Below are positions 47,403 through 59,017 of a DNA stretch of 64,000 nt, in pieces. Both the position numbers and the translations under genes were made by a program. The first letter of the stretch is position 1, and the number at the start of each line of letters is the position of its first letter. The stretch is from an uncultured Verrucomicrobiae bacterium (GTDB taxonomy: Bacteria > Verrucomicrobiota > Verrucomicrobiia > Chthoniobacterales > Chthoniobacteraceae). The DNA is taken from the NCBI GenBank assembly GCA_963769025.1, contig CAVYKI010000012.1, positions 416,001 to 480,000 of the forward strand. The letters run 5' to 3'. Below the pieces are notes generated by a model. The model was not told the origin of the DNA. It worked only from the letters and a program-made list of their open reading frames with translations, and did no database searches.

Positions 47403-50400
47403 CTATTTCTGCGGCGGGTTTGCGGCGGCGGTCTTGGGAGCGGGCGGCGCGGGGGCCTTTTTGGGCTCGCCCGGCTTTTCATCGCCGGGTTTCGTTTCCG
47501 CGGGTTTTGCCTCCTCGGGTTTCTCGGCGTCCTTAGCGGCTTTCAGCTCAGCGGCCCGCGCCTCGGCGGCGGCACGCTTTTCCTTCTTCGTTTTCACCGG
47601 GTAGCCCGACTCCCCCTTCGCCTGCTTTTCCGCCAGTTCGGCGGCCTTCCAAAGCCCCGCCGCGGCGACCTTCGGCGCGCTAGCGTAACGGATGTTGATT
47701 TTTTCGTAGGTCTCGATGGCACCGTCGAAGTCCTGCTTCGCCTCCTGAATCCTGCCGATGAGGAAGAGCGCCTTCGCCTGCAGTTCAAAACTCTTTCCGG
47801 TCTGCGTATTCACAACCTTCGAGAGCCGCTGGATGTAGTCGTCCTTCACCTGCCCCGTCTGCTCGAATTCGCCGACGATCACGCCGTAGTCCGCCTCAAG
47901 GGCCTTCGTGGATTTCGGGAATCTCGCTTTCAGATCGGCGAATTTCGCGCCGGCCTCCTTGGTCTTCCCCTGCTCCTGCAGCAGCTTCGCCTCCCAGAAA
48001 AGCGCCACGGCCTGTGCGTCCAGGACGTTGTGAGGGACTTTTGTCACCTCATCCTTTTCGCCGAGCGGATACTCCTCCCGGATGCGCGCGATGGTCTTCG
48101 TGAGATCGTCATTCCGCTTCGCGTCGAAAAGTCCGCTCATGTAACGGTCGAAATCCGACGGCGTGAACGTGGCCGCGATGCGCTCGGTGCCATCCGCGTC
48201 CTTCACCTTCTCCGACACAGGGACGGCCTTGAACGAATCGTCCATGACCTTGAACGCCCGCTTCGGATCGTTCTCGTTGAGGAACGCCGCGAGCGCCACC
48301 TGGAGCTTCGCCTTCACCAGCGGCGTCGTGCCGAACTGCTCCGTGAGCTTTGCAAAGTACGCCTCCACCTGCGCCGCGTCCGCCTGCTGGGCCTTGCGGC
48401 GGACGTTCTGCACGGTCACGAGCCGTTCGAGCGCCTCGGCGATTCGCTCGCTGCCGGGGTAGTCCTTCAGCATCCGCTCCACCGCGGCGGTGACGCCATC
48501 CACGCCCTTCTGCCACGTCTGCTTCTGCGCTTCGGCGAGGCTGATGTAGGTCGGCAGCTTCGCGAGTTCCTTCAGCCAGCGGTCGGCGATTTTGATGAGC
48601 GACCCGTCGCCACGCTTTCTCTCGAGGTTGTTCGAGATCTCGTAGTCCACGTAGTCGAGCAGCTTCTTCGCCCCAGCCGCGACGTTATCGACCGAGGACT
48701 GTCCGCCGGGAGTGCCCTTCTTGGCGTCGAGCACGCCGGAAAAGAGGAACTCCGCGATGTTGTTGTAGGCAAAGTACACGTTCTCGTGCTTGGGATACTT
48801 CGTCACGAAGTCGTCCATCAGTTGCAGCGCGGCGGGGTAGTCCTTCCTCTCGTTATACACGTCGAACACCTTGAAGTACGCGCCGGGCGCAGGGTCGCTC
48901 TCCGGATACGCCTCGTACACCTTCTTCCACGCCTCGGCCGCCTTGTCGCGGTCGCCCACGGTCGCGAGCGCGGTGCCGAGGAGATACTGCGCCGCCGGCA
49001 CATTCGCCTTCGTGTTCTCACTCTTGCCGCCGCCCGCGGCGTATTTGGAGAGGAATGCATTCAGTTCCGTGATCGCAGTTTTCGGATCGAGCCCTCCGAG
49101 GATTTGGCAGGACATGAACCACGCATCCTCCGACTGCGGGTTGGCCGGGAACTTGTCGCGCAGCGACTTGAAAGTCTCGAGCGCCGCACGCGCCATCGCC
49201 ACATCGCCGCCGGCTTCCCGCATCTGCGCCTGCTGCACGCTGCCCTTGATGAACAGCGTCTGCGCCTCGATCTCGGGCTTGGGATTGCTGGAGAGCAGCT
49301 TGTCGCAAAGCTCGAGCGCCTTCTTGTAATCGTTCTTCTTCAGCGCCGTCGCCGTGAGGATCTGCATCGCCTCGGTCGTGAAACGCCAGTCCTTGTAGTC
49401 CGCCTGCCCCTCGGCCACGATTTTCTCCGCCTGGTCCGCATCGCCCTTTTCCACGAGCAGGTTTGCCACCAGCAAGGCGAGGTTGTCGCCGGCGGGGTTG
49501 CCTTTGAAGTCCTTGCGGAACTCCTGGTAGGTCTCCAGCGCCTTCTCCGCGTTCTTCTGCTCCGCATAGGTGAGGCACAGGAGCGCCGCGATCGTCGCCT
49601 GCGCGTCCTTGTCCTTTTCAAAAAGCTCCTTCTGCGTGAGCAGATGGCGCATCAGCGTCCGCGCCTCATCCGTCTTGTGCAAAAAGAGGAAGATGCGCGC
49701 GATGGCCAGCCGCGCCGCGAGGAACTGGTCCTGCCCGCTCTTGTATTTCTCCCGCTTCTCGTCCTCGAAATTGATGAGGCTTTCGATCCGGTTCTTCATC
49801 GGCAACCAGTCCACCGTCCCCTTCGGCAGCAGGGTGATCTGCTGCTCGAGTGCGGCAATCTTCGCGGTCTGCGCCTCGACGACTTCTTCCACGCTCCGCA
49901 CTGCGCGGAAAGCCTCCAGCGACGCGTTCAGCAGCGCCGCCTGCTGCTGCTTGAGCTGCTCGCCGTCCGGATTCGTCACGTGCTGGCTGCGCGTGAGCTG
50001 CATCTGGCCGACGAAAAACACCGCCTCGTTCATCAGCGCAACGTCGCCACTCTTCTGGTATGCTTGGGTCAGCGACGGCTCGGCCTTGTCGAAAAGGCCC
50101 AACGCCTTTTTCACATCCTCCGGCGGGGGTTCCTTGCCGGCCTTTGCCTGCAGCAGCGTGTTCGCCTCGATGAAAAACGTCTTCCCGATCCACATCAGTG
50201 CCTCCCACGCGTACGGGCTGGTCCCGATGCGCGCCACGACTGCAAAACCCTTGATGGCCTCGTCGTACATGTCCGACTGGAGGAGCAGCGTCGCCCGGAG
50301 GAACTGCGCGCTGTCCATGTCGCGGCTCTTGGGAAAGGAGGCGATGAACGCATCGTACTCCTTGATGCCCTCGTCGAAGATTTTCTTCTGCATCGCCTTC

Positions 50401-50822
50401 TGCTGGTCGGTCTCGCCGGGCAGCTTCGAAGCCTTGAGCGTGAGCGACTTTGCCACGAGGAGCTGAGCCATTTCACGCGCAGGCGCCTCGATCTTCTGGT
50501 TGCCGATCAATTCCCGCAGATGGCGGATCGCATCGTCGTATTGCCCCTCCTGCACCAGCGCGACGGCGAGGCGGAATTTTGCGTCGAGCGACCGCGGCGA
50601 GAGCATCTTGTATTTCGCGAGAAACTTCTCGAATGCGGCGGCGGCCTCCTTGTATTTGTTCGCGCGGAACAGCGCCTCGGCTTCGTCGTATTCCCTCGCG
50701 TCAGGGGCATTCACGGCCGGGGCGGCCGGCGGCGCCTGCGCCCGCAGGGCTGGCGTGGCTGCAAGCAGCGTGGTTGCGACAAGGAGGAGCCTGCCGGCTC
50801 GCATGGGGTTTGGAGCGTTCAT
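47403..50822 (-). CDS. Large secreted TPR-repeat protein (BamD/YbgF-like repeats)
   Basis: Signal peptide; repeated A...F..F..KYP motifs over about 1140 aa; Lys/Glu/Pro-rich tail. Confidence 0.85.
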   Translation of the reverse strand: MNAPNPMRAGRLLLVATTLLAATPALRAQAPPAAPAVNAPDAREYDEAEALFRANKYKEAAAAFEKFLAKYKMLSPRSLDAKFRLAVALVQEGQYDDAIRHLRELIGNQKIEAPAREMAQLLVAKSLTLKASKLPGETDQQKAMQKKIFDEGIKEYDAFIASFPKSRDMDSAQFLRATLLLQSDMYDEAIKGFAVVARIGTSPYAWEALMWIGKTFFIEANTLLQAKAGKEPPPEDVKKALGLFDKAEPSLTQAYQKSGDVALMNEAVFFVGQMQLTRSQHVTNPDGEQLKQQQAALLNASLEAFRAVRSVEEVVEAQTAKIAALEQQITLLPKGTVDWLPMKNRIESLINFEDEKREKYKSGQDQFLAARLAIARIFLFLHKTDEARTLMRHLLTQKELFEKDKDAQATIAALLCLTYAEQKNAEKALETYQEFRKDFKGNPAGDNLALLVANLLVEKGDADQAEKIVAEGQADYKDWRFTTEAMQILTATALKKNDYKKALELCDKLLSSNPKPEIEAQTLFIKGSVQQAQMREAGGDVAMARAALETFKSLRDKFPANPQSEDAWFMSCQILGGLDPKTAITELNAFLSKYAAGGGKSENTKANVPAAQYLLGTALATVGDRDKAAEAWKKVYEAYPESDPAPGAYFKVFDVYNERKDYPAALQLMDDFVTKYPKHENVYFAYNNIAEFLFSGVLDAKKGTPGGQSSVDNVAAGAKKLLDYVDYEISNNLERKRGDGSLIKIADRWLKELAKLPTYISLAEAQKQTWQKGVDGVTAAVERMLKDYPGSERIAEALERLVTVQNVRRKAQQADAAQVEAYFAKLTEQFGTTPLVKAKLQVALAAFLNENDPKRAFKVMDDSFKAVPVSEKVKDADGTERIAATFTPSDFDRYMSGLFDAKRNDDLTKTIARIREEYPLGEKDEVTKVPHNVLDAQAVALFWEAKLLQEQGKTKEAGAKFADLKARFPKSTKALEADYGVIVGEFEQTGQVKDDYIQRLSKVVNTQTGKSFELQAKALFLIGRIQEAKQDFDGAIETYEKINIRYASAPKVAAAGLWKAAELAEKQAKGESGYPVKTKKEKRAAAEARAAELKAAKDAEKPEEAKPAETKPGDEKPGEPKKAPAPPAPKTAAANPPQK

Positions 50823-50951
50823 AGATCTGGGTCGGACTCTGGGGGGCACCCTACGGAGGCCCGCGCGGCTAGCCAACGAAAACCGTGAGAAAATCGCCGT
50901 GCTCGCCGGCACCGCCGCCACCCCCTCCACGGCCCCGCTCGCAAATGAGTC

Positions 50952-51662
50952 TTGAGTCCCGTCCCTTTCAGGCCGGAGTGTCGGCCCGCATTGTCCACTG
51001 AACCCGCCACCAATCCGACCCCGCCTGTAGCCGTGACCTTTGCACGCCCCGAGGAAAGCGGCGCGTTCCGAAGGAAACTGGACGGCGTCCGGAAGGGCAA
51101 GTGCGGGGCGCTCCCGGCGTGGCGCGGGAGCATCGGGAAGGTCAGCGTCACCGTCATTCACACCGGCATCGGCCCCGCCTCGGCTGGAAGCGCGATCCGC
51201 GAATTGCTCTCGCTCGAAAAGCCGCGCCGCGTGATCAGCGCCGGCTTCGCAGGCGGCCTCGATCCCGCGTTGCGCGCCGGCGATACGCTCAGCGCCGATT
51301 TTCCGACACCGCTGATTTTCTCCAAAGCCATCCCTCTGGAAACGCCCGCGGAGAAAATCGCCGCATTCCGCGAAACCGGCGCACGCATCGTGGACATGGA
51401 AACCGACATCATCGGTGCAGCCTGCGCAGCCGCCGGCATCCCGCTCACCGCCGTGCGCGCAGTGAGCGACACGGCGGATGAATCGCTGCCCGTGCCGTTC
51501 GACGTGTGGTTCGACACCGCGCGGCAACGCGCCCGCCCGCTCGCACTCGTCGCACACCTCATCCGCCATCCCTCGCGCACCGCGCCGTTTGCACGCTTCG
51601 TCCTGCGCCTCCCCCGCGTCGCCGAGGCGCTCGCGCGTGCCATCGCCGCCGCGCTGCGTTGA
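50952..51662 (+). CDS. Nucleoside phosphorylase / MTA-SAH nucleosidase superfamily protein (HpnG-like); start uncertain
   Basis: HTGIG, ISAGFAGGL, VDMET, VRAVSD. Confidence 0.75.
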   Translation: MSPVPFRPECRPALSTEPATNPTPPVAVTFARPEESGAFRRKLDGVRKGKCGALPAWRGSIGKVSVTVIHTGIGPASAGSAIRELLSLEKPRRVISAGFAGGLDPALRAGDTLSADFPTPLIFSKAIPLETPAEKIAAFRETGARIVDMETDIIGAACAAAGIPLTAVRAVSDTADESLPVPFDVWFDTARQRARPLALVAHLIRHPSRTAPFARFVLRLPRVAEALARAIAAALR

Positions 51663-51665
51663 GAT

Positions 51666-51742
51666 CCCGCGGAGGGATTGCGATCCGCGGAGCTTTGCAG
51701 AGGCCCCGTCTTTTCTCTGCGCAAATCCGCGGCATCTGCGGA
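51666..51742. repeat. CGCAGATT-family palindromic element (degenerate)
   Basis: CTCTGCGCAAATCCGCGGCATCTGCGGA resembles the reverse complement of 3070-3099. Confidence 0.6.
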
Positions 51743-51801
51743 AACCCTCGGCTTCTTCGGCATTGCCTCGCGCTGTGCGATTCGCCATTCGGCATGCGCC
51801 C

Positions 51802-53124
51802 ATGGCGCTCCTGCTTTACCGCCTGCTCTTCCCGTTCGCGTTTCTCGTCGCGCTGCCGTTCTACGCGCTGCGGCTCCTGCGCCGTGAAAAGGGCCGCGCT
51901 GCGCATGCGAAACCGCCCGGCTATCAGCTCGGGCTCGGCCAGCGTTTCGGCCGCTACGCCCCGGAAATCCGCGAACGCCTCGCACGGCAGCCCGCGCCCG
52001 TGTGGATTTGCTCCATCAGCGTCGGCGAGACGCTCGTCGCGCTGAAGATCGCCCGCGCCATCCGTGCCCGTGACCCGCACGCACGCGTGGCCCTCTCCGT
52101 GACGACCAGCACCGGCTACGAACTGCTTTTGCGCGAAGCCGCCGCGCTCGACTGGCTCGTCCCGCTCTACAATCCGATCGATTTCGCCTTCGCCGCGCGC
52201 TCCGCCATTTCCACGATCCAGCCGCGCGTCCTCGTCCTCACCGAGGGCGGCATCTGGCCGAACCTCCTCTCAGCCGCGCGCGCCGCGGGCATTCGCATTG
52301 TCCTCGCCGGCGCGCGCCTCTCGCCGCGCAGCGAACGGCGCTGGCAGCGCTTCCGCGGAATCGCGCGGACCGTTTGGGATTTCTTCGACCTCGTCTGCGT
52401 GCCGGAAGCGGAGGACGTCGCGCGCTTCGAGTCCATCGGCGTCTCCCCCGGGCGCATCCGGCATATGGGCAGCGTGAAATTCGACAATGCGATCGCGACC
52501 ACCAGTTCGCGCGAAGCCGAGTTCCGCGCGCTCGCGCAACCGCTGGGATTTTCCGGGCCGATCGTCGTCGGTGGCAGCACGTGGGCGCCCGAGGAGCGCG
52601 CGCTCGCGGACGCCGTGCAGAAGCTGCGCGCCGAATTTCCATCCCTGCGCCTCATCCTCGTCCCACGCCACGTCGAGCGCGCCGCGGCCATCGCGGATGA
52701 ACTCACCCGCGCCGGCTTCCGCGTCGCGCTGCGAAGCAAACTTCCGGCTACTGCCGAAGCCGATGTCCTGCTCGTGGACACGACGGGCGAATTGCGCGGC
52801 TGGTACGCGCTCGCGACCATCGTCTTTGTCGGCAAGAGCCTCCCCGGCATCGCGGAAATCGGCGGCCAGAATGCCGGCGAACCCGCCGCGCTCGGCCTGC
52901 CCGTGGTCTTCGGCCCGCACATGGAAAACTTCGCCCCGCTCGTCACCCATCTGCTGAAGGACAACGCCGCGGTGCAAATCGCAGGCGCCACGGAATTGCA
53001 CGACGCACTCCTCGCATTGCTCGCCGATCCGGATAAACGCACCGCGATCGGCCAGCGCGCCAGCGCAGCCCTCGCCGTCCATCAGGGCGCGACCGCACGG
53101 ACCGCGGAGTGCATCCTAGGCTGA
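51802..53124 (+). CDS. waaA: 3-deoxy-D-manno-octulosonic acid (Kdo) transferase
   Basis: WICSISVGE, TTSTG, IWPNLL, GSVKFD, LVPRHVER, DTTGEL, GGQNAGEP, GPHMENF. Confidence 0.93.
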   Translation: MALLLYRLLFPFAFLVALPFYALRLLRREKGRAAHAKPPGYQLGLGQRFGRYAPEIRERLARQPAPVWICSISVGETLVALKIARAIRARDPHARVALSVTTSTGYELLLREAAALDWLVPLYNPIDFAFAARSAISTIQPRVLVLTEGGIWPNLLSAARAAGIRIVLAGARLSPRSERRWQRFRGIARTVWDFFDLVCVPEAEDVARFESIGVSPGRIRHMGSVKFDNAIATTSSREAEFRALAQPLGFSGPIVVGGSTWAPEERALADAVQKLRAEFPSLRLILVPRHVERAAAIADELTRAGFRVALRSKLPATAEADVLLVDTTGELRGWYALATIVFVGKSLPGIAEIGGQNAGEPAALGLPVVFGPHMENFAPLVTHLLKDNAAVQIAGATELHDALLALLADPDKRTAIGQRASAALAVHQGATARTAECILG

Positions 53125-53195
53125 CGCGCATCGCCGCGCCCGCGAAAATTGCTTTTCCCTTTTCGCCGCGGTGCGCTTTGTTAACCGCCCTGCCT

Positions 53196-53744
53196 ATGGC
53201 CAACACCATCACCAGTCCTGTCTTCGTCGTCCGCGACAACATCGACACGGACCAGATCATCCCCGCGCAATACCTCACGCTCGTGCCGACGAAGCCGGAC
53301 GAATACGAGAAGCTCGGCACCTACGCGCTCATCGGCCTTCCCGACGACGCCTACCCGGAGAAATTCGTCCCCGCCGGGCAGACGAAGACGCCGTATAAGA
53401 TCGTCATCGGCGGCAAGAATTTCGGCTGCGGCAGTTCCCGCGAGCACGCGCCCATCGCCCTCGGCGCGGCCGGCTGCGAGGCCGTGGTCTCCGAATCCTT
53501 CGCGCGCATCTTTTTCCGCAACTGCGTGGCCACCGGCGAACTCTACCCCTACGACGCCACCGAGCGGCTCTGCGAGAAAATCAAGACCGGCGACATCGCC
53601 ACGCTCGACCTCGACGCCGACACGCTCACCGTGAACGGCACGACCTACCCGCTCAAGCCGCTCGGAGAAGTCCGCCCGGTGATCGATGCCGGCGGAGTCT
53701 TCGACTACGCGCGCCAGACGGGAATGCTCCCGGCGCAAAAGTAG
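53196..53744 (+). CDS. leuD: 3-isopropylmalate dehydratase small subunit (LeuD/HacB type)
   Basis: DNIDTDQIIPA, NFGCGSSREHA, SFARIFFRN. Confidence 0.88.
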   Translation: MANTITSPVFVVRDNIDTDQIIPAQYLTLVPTKPDEYEKLGTYALIGLPDDAYPEKFVPAGQTKTPYKIVIGGKNFGCGSSREHAPIALGAAGCEAVVSESFARIFFRNCVATGELYPYDATERLCEKIKTGDIATLDLDADTLTVNGTTYPLKPLGEVRPVIDAGGVFDYARQTGMLPAQK

Positions 53745-53862
53745 GCCGCCGCGCGCACGGCGCGCAAATCGGCACGCGCAAGCCGCGCGAATTCGATAAG
53801 CGCAAGCCGCGCGAAATCTGCCTTGAGTCCTGGCCGCGATCCGATCACCTTCCGCGCGCAAC

Positions 53863-53933
53863 GCGGGTATAGCTTAATGGTAAAGTTCCAGTCTTCCAAA
53901 CTGGCCATGAGGGTTCGATTCCCTCTACCCGCT
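53863..53933 (+). tRNA. tRNA-Gly(TCC), CCA not encoded
   Basis: GCGGGTATAGCTTAATGGT...CCAGT-CTTCCAA-ACTGG...GGTTCGATTCC...TACCCGCT. Confidence 0.95.
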
Positions 53934-54065
53934 CTCCCCTCCCGGCGCGCGTTTGGTCGCGGCGTCGGCCATGGCGCACCCTCGGAACCACGCCCGCTCC
54001 CACCATTGCGAGGACAAACCGCTGGGAGATCACGCGGATGAAACGACGCGTCTTCCGGTGATCGG

Positions 54066-55325
54066 CTACACCTCGCTCACGACGCCAGTGCTGGCGCCGA
54101 ACGACTTCGCCTCGACGCCCATGTGGTGCAGCATGCGGACGTAGAGATTCGCGAGCAGCGTGTTGTTCTTCGTGTCGAAGGCGACGTGGCCCTTGTGCTT
54201 GAAGCCGCCGCCGGCGAGGAGAATCGGGAGGTTGTTGTTGTCGTGCGAGGACGAGTTGCCGAGGTTGCTCGAGTAGAAGATCGCGGTGCGGTCGAGCAGC
54301 GTATGGTCACCTTCCCTGCTGGCTTTCATCTTCTCGATGAACTCGCCGAGCACCTGAATCTCCGCCTCCTCGATCAGGGCGAGCTGCTCCAGCTTTCCGG
54401 GATCCTGTCCGTGGTGCGAGGCGTCGTGGTGGCCAAGATTCACGCCGGTGATGTCCGGGCGCTCCTGCGTGCTGAGCCACAGCGAGACGACGCGCGTGGA
54501 GTCGGTCTGCAGAGCGAGATGCACGATGTTGTACCACTGCCGCGAGCGCTCGACGAGTTGCGGGCCGCCGAAGTCGCTCGTCGGAAGCGGAAAATCCACG
54601 CGGGGCTTCGGCGTCGTGCTCCAGACTTCGTCCTGCTGCAGCGTGTGCTCGGCCTCGCGCACCGAGGTGAGGAACAGGTCGAGCCGCTGGCGATCACTGC
54701 TGCTGACCTTCCGGTTGAGCGCTTTGATCTGCTCGCCCACGTCATCGAGGATGCTCTGGCCGTCCTTCACGCGCTGGAGTTCGCGCGCCTCCTCCTCGGC
54801 GGTGCCGGCGATGAAGAGCTTGCGGAAGACCTGCGTTGCGCGCTGCTCCGAGGGAATGCGCACGCCGCGCCGGTTCCACGCCACGTCGCCGCCGCCGAGG
54901 ATGAGCGATGGAAAGCGCGTCTGGTTGCCGATGTGCGAGGCGACTTCCTGGTCGAGCGAGATGCCGTTCTTGATGTCCTTGTCGCGGATGAATTCCGACG
55001 CAACGCCGGTGAAAAGCCCGACCTCGGCGAAGTGCCCGGCAGCGTAGCGATGCGACATGCCGGAGAAGACGGTGAACTGATCGCGGTGCTCCTGCAGGTT
55101 CTTCAGATAACGGCTCGGCTCGTAATCGCGTCCGGTCTTCTCGGGGAAAAAATTCGGCGCGTACATGCCGAGCGGCTGTCCGATGAGCACCATGCGTGGC
55201 TGCTGGCCGAGCGCCTTTTTCGCCTCGGCGGCGCCGGCTGGGATCATCGCTTCGAGGAAAGGCAGCCCGATTGCCACGCCGGAGGCGCGGAGGAAGGTGC
55301 GGCGGTCGATTCGTCGGGAGAGCAT
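54066..55325 (-). CDS. DUF1552 family protein (Tat signal)
   Basis: [50 protein letters not shown]. Confidence 0.9.
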   Translation of the reverse strand: MLSRRIDRRTFLRASGVAIGLPFLEAMIPAGAAEAKKALGQQPRMVLIGQPLGMYAPNFFPEKTGRDYEPSRYLKNLQEHRDQFTVFSGMSHRYAAGHFAEVGLFTGVASEFIRDKDIKNGISLDQEVASHIGNQTRFPSLILGGGDVAWNRRGVRIPSEQRATQVFRKLFIAGTAEEEARELQRVKDGQSILDDVGEQIKALNRKVSSSDRQRLDLFLTSVREAEHTLQQDEVWSTTPKPRVDFPLPTSDFGGPQLVERSRQWYNIVHLALQTDSTRVVSLWLSTQERPDITGVNLGHHDASHHGQDPGKLEQLALIEEAEIQVLGEFIEKMKASREGDHTLLDRTAIFYSSNLGNSSSHDNNNLPILLAGGGFKHKGHVAFDTKNNTLLANLYVRMLHHMGVEAKSFGASTGVVSEV

Positions 55326-55366
55326 GGGCGTGGGTTGGAGGTTGGGTTGCTGCGCGTGCGGAGCCG

Positions 55367-57934
55367 CTACTTGTTCAGGAAGACCCGGCTCTGGACGATT
55401 TCGTGGATGAGAGTTCGGAATCCGTAATTCTTCGCGCGCACCTTCGCGACGATCTGCTCGACGATTTCGCGGTCGGCGAACTGGATGTCCGCGCCAGTCG
55501 CATAGACAATGAGCTTCTGCGTGAGGCTGCGCGCGAGCTGGTCCTTGTCCTCGAGCAGCAGCTTCTTGTAGTCGTCGATGTCCTTGAAGGCCTTGCCCTC
55601 GGGTGTGACGCCGCCCTGCTCGACATCGAGTCCGCGATACACGCCGCGGCCGTTCGTCGGGAAGAGCGCGACCGGGAACGCTTTCGAGCGTTCGGTGACT
55701 CGGTAAAACTCGCGCCAGTTGCCGATCGGATCGAAATTTTCCAAGGCAAAGCCGGGCGGATCGATGTGGATGTGGCAGGTGGCGCACGCTGCGGATATTG
55801 CGGTGCTTGTCGAGCTGCTGGCGGATGGTCGTCGCTCCGCGGATGTCGGGCTCGATCACCGGCACATCGGCCGGCGGCGGAATTGGCGGTTTGCCGAGGA
55901 TGCGCTCAAGGATCCATTTGCCGCGCAGCACGGGCGACGTGCGCGTGCCGTCGGCGGTGACTTTCAGCACGCTCGCGTGGGTCATCACGCCGCCGCGATG
56001 GGAATCCGGCGGCAGCTTCACCTTGCGGAAGTCATTTCCGATCGACGCCGGGGATGCCGTAGAGCGTCGCGAGCCGCTCGTTCAGCATGCTCCAGTCGGA
56101 GTCGATGAAGTTGAGCAGGCTCAGGTCGTGGCGCAGCACTTCCTCGAAGAAGAGCTGCGTCTCGCGCGGCATCGCCCAGAGCAGCAGGTAGTCGAAGTCG
56201 CTGTAGAGCTGCGGGTCGGGAATCGTGAAGTCGATCTTGCGCAGGTCGAGCCACTGGCCGGCGAAATTCTCCGTGAAGCGATGCGCGCGCGGTGCGTTCA
56301 GCATGCGCTCGACCTGTGCGCGGAGCACGGCGGGCTTGCTCAGTTCTCCCTTGGCGCGCGAGGGCGAGCGAGTTCGTCGTCCGGCACGGTGGACCAGAGG
56401 AAATACGAGAGCCGCTCGGCCAGCGACTAGTCGTCGAGCTTCGGGGAAATGAGGTCGCCTTGCGCAGTCACCGTCGCGTTCGGTGAGTCGGTGAGGAACA
56501 GGAAGTCGGGCGAGGAAAGGATGAGCTTGAAGCCATACATCATCGCGTCGCTGAAGCTGTATTTCTGGTCGAGCTTGGCGTGCACGAGTTTCACGAAATG
56601 CTGCTGCACCTCCTCGCTCACCGGCCGGCGGAATGCCCGCGGCAGGAACGCGCGGATCAGGCGCTCCGCATCCGGCTTCGGATTGGCCGACGCCGGCACG
56701 CAGCGGATCGTCGAACCACTGCGACTCAGGCCGCTTTTCGCTGATCACCGGCACGCGCGTGCCCGCCATGCTCGGCCTTCACGACGGACCGCGCCTTCAG
56801 CGGCACATCGCCGAACAGGTTCTTGTAGCTCGCCGGCGGGAAGGCATCGAGCGGGCCATCCACCTGCATCCACTCCACCATCAGGCCCGGGCCGGTGTAT
56901 TCCTCGATGGGCTTCTTGAAGATCGCGGATGTCCCAAGTCGTCAGCAGATTCATGACGAACGCCTGGCGTTCGTCCGAGATCGAACTCGAACTCGATGAC
57001 TTGCGGCTTGCCGTGCGGAATCTCGCGCACCTCGCGCAGCACCGGCGATTCGCGTCCGCTCTGATTCACCACCATGAGGCCGACCGGGACCGGCTTGCCA
57101 TCCCCGCCGACGGAGCACGCCGACATGGTGATGCGATAACGCCCCGCCGCAGGCACCGCAGCCGTCGAGCAAAGTCCGTAGCGCGGCAGCTTGCTGTAGA
57201 AGATGAGCGTGTCGCCCTGCAGCTTCGAGTTGCGGCCGAGGCCTTGCTGGAAATTCGGCCCCTTCTTCGTCATCTCCAGACCGGTGCGCCGGTCGCTGAA
57301 CGGAATCGGCGGGCTGATCGGGATCACCGACTGCACCGCCTTCGCCGCCGCTTCCTGGAAGAGCAGGAAGTGCGTCGCCGACAGATCGAGCCCGCTGCTC
57401 ACATTGTCGAATCCCGCCGTCGTGCTGTCCTCCGGCAGCATCTCCTTGAGCGCGACGTTCGTGCCCAGCAGATCGCGCAGCGTGTTCTCGTATTCGGTGC
57501 CGTTGAGCCGGCGGACTGTCACGCGCCCGTCCTTCTGCTGGCGCTCGAGCGACGCCGCTTGGAGTTGCGCATGGAGGAATTGCGTCGTCGCAGCGATGTC
57601 CCTGCTGCGGCGGCCGCTCGCGCTTCTTCGGCGGCATCTCGCCGGAGACCAGTTTGTCGAAGACATGAGCCCACGTGGACGCCTCCCTTTCATCGCGAAA
57701 ATCACCCGCCAACGTATCCAGCCGCAGCCCCGCCTTGTGCGTGTCCTCGCCGTGGCAATCCACGCAATGCGCCTCGATGAACGGCACGATCGCGCGCTTG
57801 AAGAAATCCGGCGCGCTCTGGATTCGCCCCGGCGGCGGCGCCTTCCCTTCACTGCGGGCCGGCAGCCCACCCATGCAGGCGAGGAAAAAACTCACGAGCA
57901 GCGAGGATGATTGGATGATGACTCGGGTCGTCAC
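55367..57934 (-). CDS. Cytochrome c + DUF1587/1595/1592/1588/1585 (PSD) protein; multiple frameshifts, start uncertain
   Basis: [60 protein letters not shown]. Confidence 0.85.
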
Positions 57935-58006
57935 AGGCGGGTGTGTGGAGAGCCCATTGAATGCCGGATTGTTTGAAACATTAAGCGGCACGCCGCCGCT
58001 TGCGAT

Positions 58007-58876
58007 TCACTTTCTCAGCGCCTGCGCGACAAACTCGGACAACGCCACCGTCGCGGGATCGTCGGCCCGGCCAAGGTCGTTGTTGAGCTTGCTGTGGTTG
58101 GTCTCCCTTCCGCCGAAAACCCTGGTCGGGACACCGGCGTCTTTCAGCACCGCACCGAGCCGCTGCGCCTGCGCGCTGGTATCGGGGTGGTCGGCGACAT
58201 GCAGGATGAGGAATGGCGGGATGCCCTTCCCCTTCGCCACATGCGTGACGGCGGAGAAGTCCTTGTGATTCTCGGGAGTGTTCCCGAATTTCTCACGGTG
58301 CCCGTTCTTCCGCGACGGAAACCCGTGCACACGCAGGCGCGTCTCCGCCGTCTCGATGATCGCCGGCACGTCGTACGTGTCGCCGTCCACAGGCACGCAG
58401 CCGATGAGCACGTCGAACGAAACACCCTCGGCCTTCAGGTAGCGTTCGTCGGTGCAGAGAATGGCCGCGAGCTGCGCGCCGGCCGAGTGCCCGCCGACGA
58501 GCACGCGTTTCGGATCGCCGCCGAACTCGGCGATGTGCTTCTCCACCCATCCGAACGCCTTCGCGACATCGCGGATGAGCGTACCCATTTCCACCTCCGG
58601 CAGCAGGCGGTAGTTCGTGGAGACAAAGACGAACCCCTTGTCCATGAACCATTGCGGCTTGAGCTTTACGTCGCCCTTGTCACCCGCCTGCCATCCGCCG
58701 CCGTGAATCCAAAAGACCACCGGCAGATTCTTCGCGCCCGGCGGCGAGTAAATGTCGAGCACGTGGCGCGCATGACCGTTCTCGACGTAGGGGATGTTGC
58801 CCTTGGTGGGTGCGAGGCTCTGAGCGTGGGCTTGGACGAGAAGCGTGGCGGCGATGAGGAGGCGCGGGAGTTTCAT
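58007..58876 (-). CDS. Secreted alpha/beta hydrolase (esterase, BD-FAE-like)
   Basis: WIHGGGW, NYRL, GHSAG nucleophile elbow, C-terminal His (TNH). Confidence 0.9.
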   Translation of the reverse strand: MKLPRLLIAATLLVQAHAQSLAPTKGNIPYVENGHARHVLDIYSPPGAKNLPVVFWIHGGGWQAGDKGDVKLKPQWFMDKGFVFVSTNYRLLPEVEMGTLIRDVAKAFGWVEKHIAEFGGDPKRVLVGGHSAGAQLAAILCTDERYLKAEGVSFDVLIGCVPVDGDTYDVPAIIETAETRLRVHGFPSRKNGHREKFGNTPENHKDFSAVTHVAKGKGIPPFLILHVADHPDTSAQAQRLGAVLKDAGVPTRVFGGRETNHSKLNNDLGRADDPATVALSEFVAQALRK

Positions 58877-59017
58877 GGGGGAGCTGGGGATGATTGCTGC
58901 CACCGGCGAGTCAGCCGGCAGCGCGCGTCAGGCAGTTCACCACCGGATGCGGTGGAAAGCGAGCGTCGCATCCGAAACTTGAAGCCTTCGGTGCACGCGG
59001 CAACCGGGCATGCGCGT

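Noticed and set aside
46647..50888. 1413-aa plus-strand ORF and similar long antisense ORFs (7835-9961, 39104-41575, 58094-60274)
   Set aside because: Shadow ORFs caused by high GC3 of genuine genes on the opposite strand; no recognisable motifs
53745..53820. Possible CRISPR array, here or at the other repeats
   Set aside because: Only two short units, no unique 30-40 bp spacers and no cas genes
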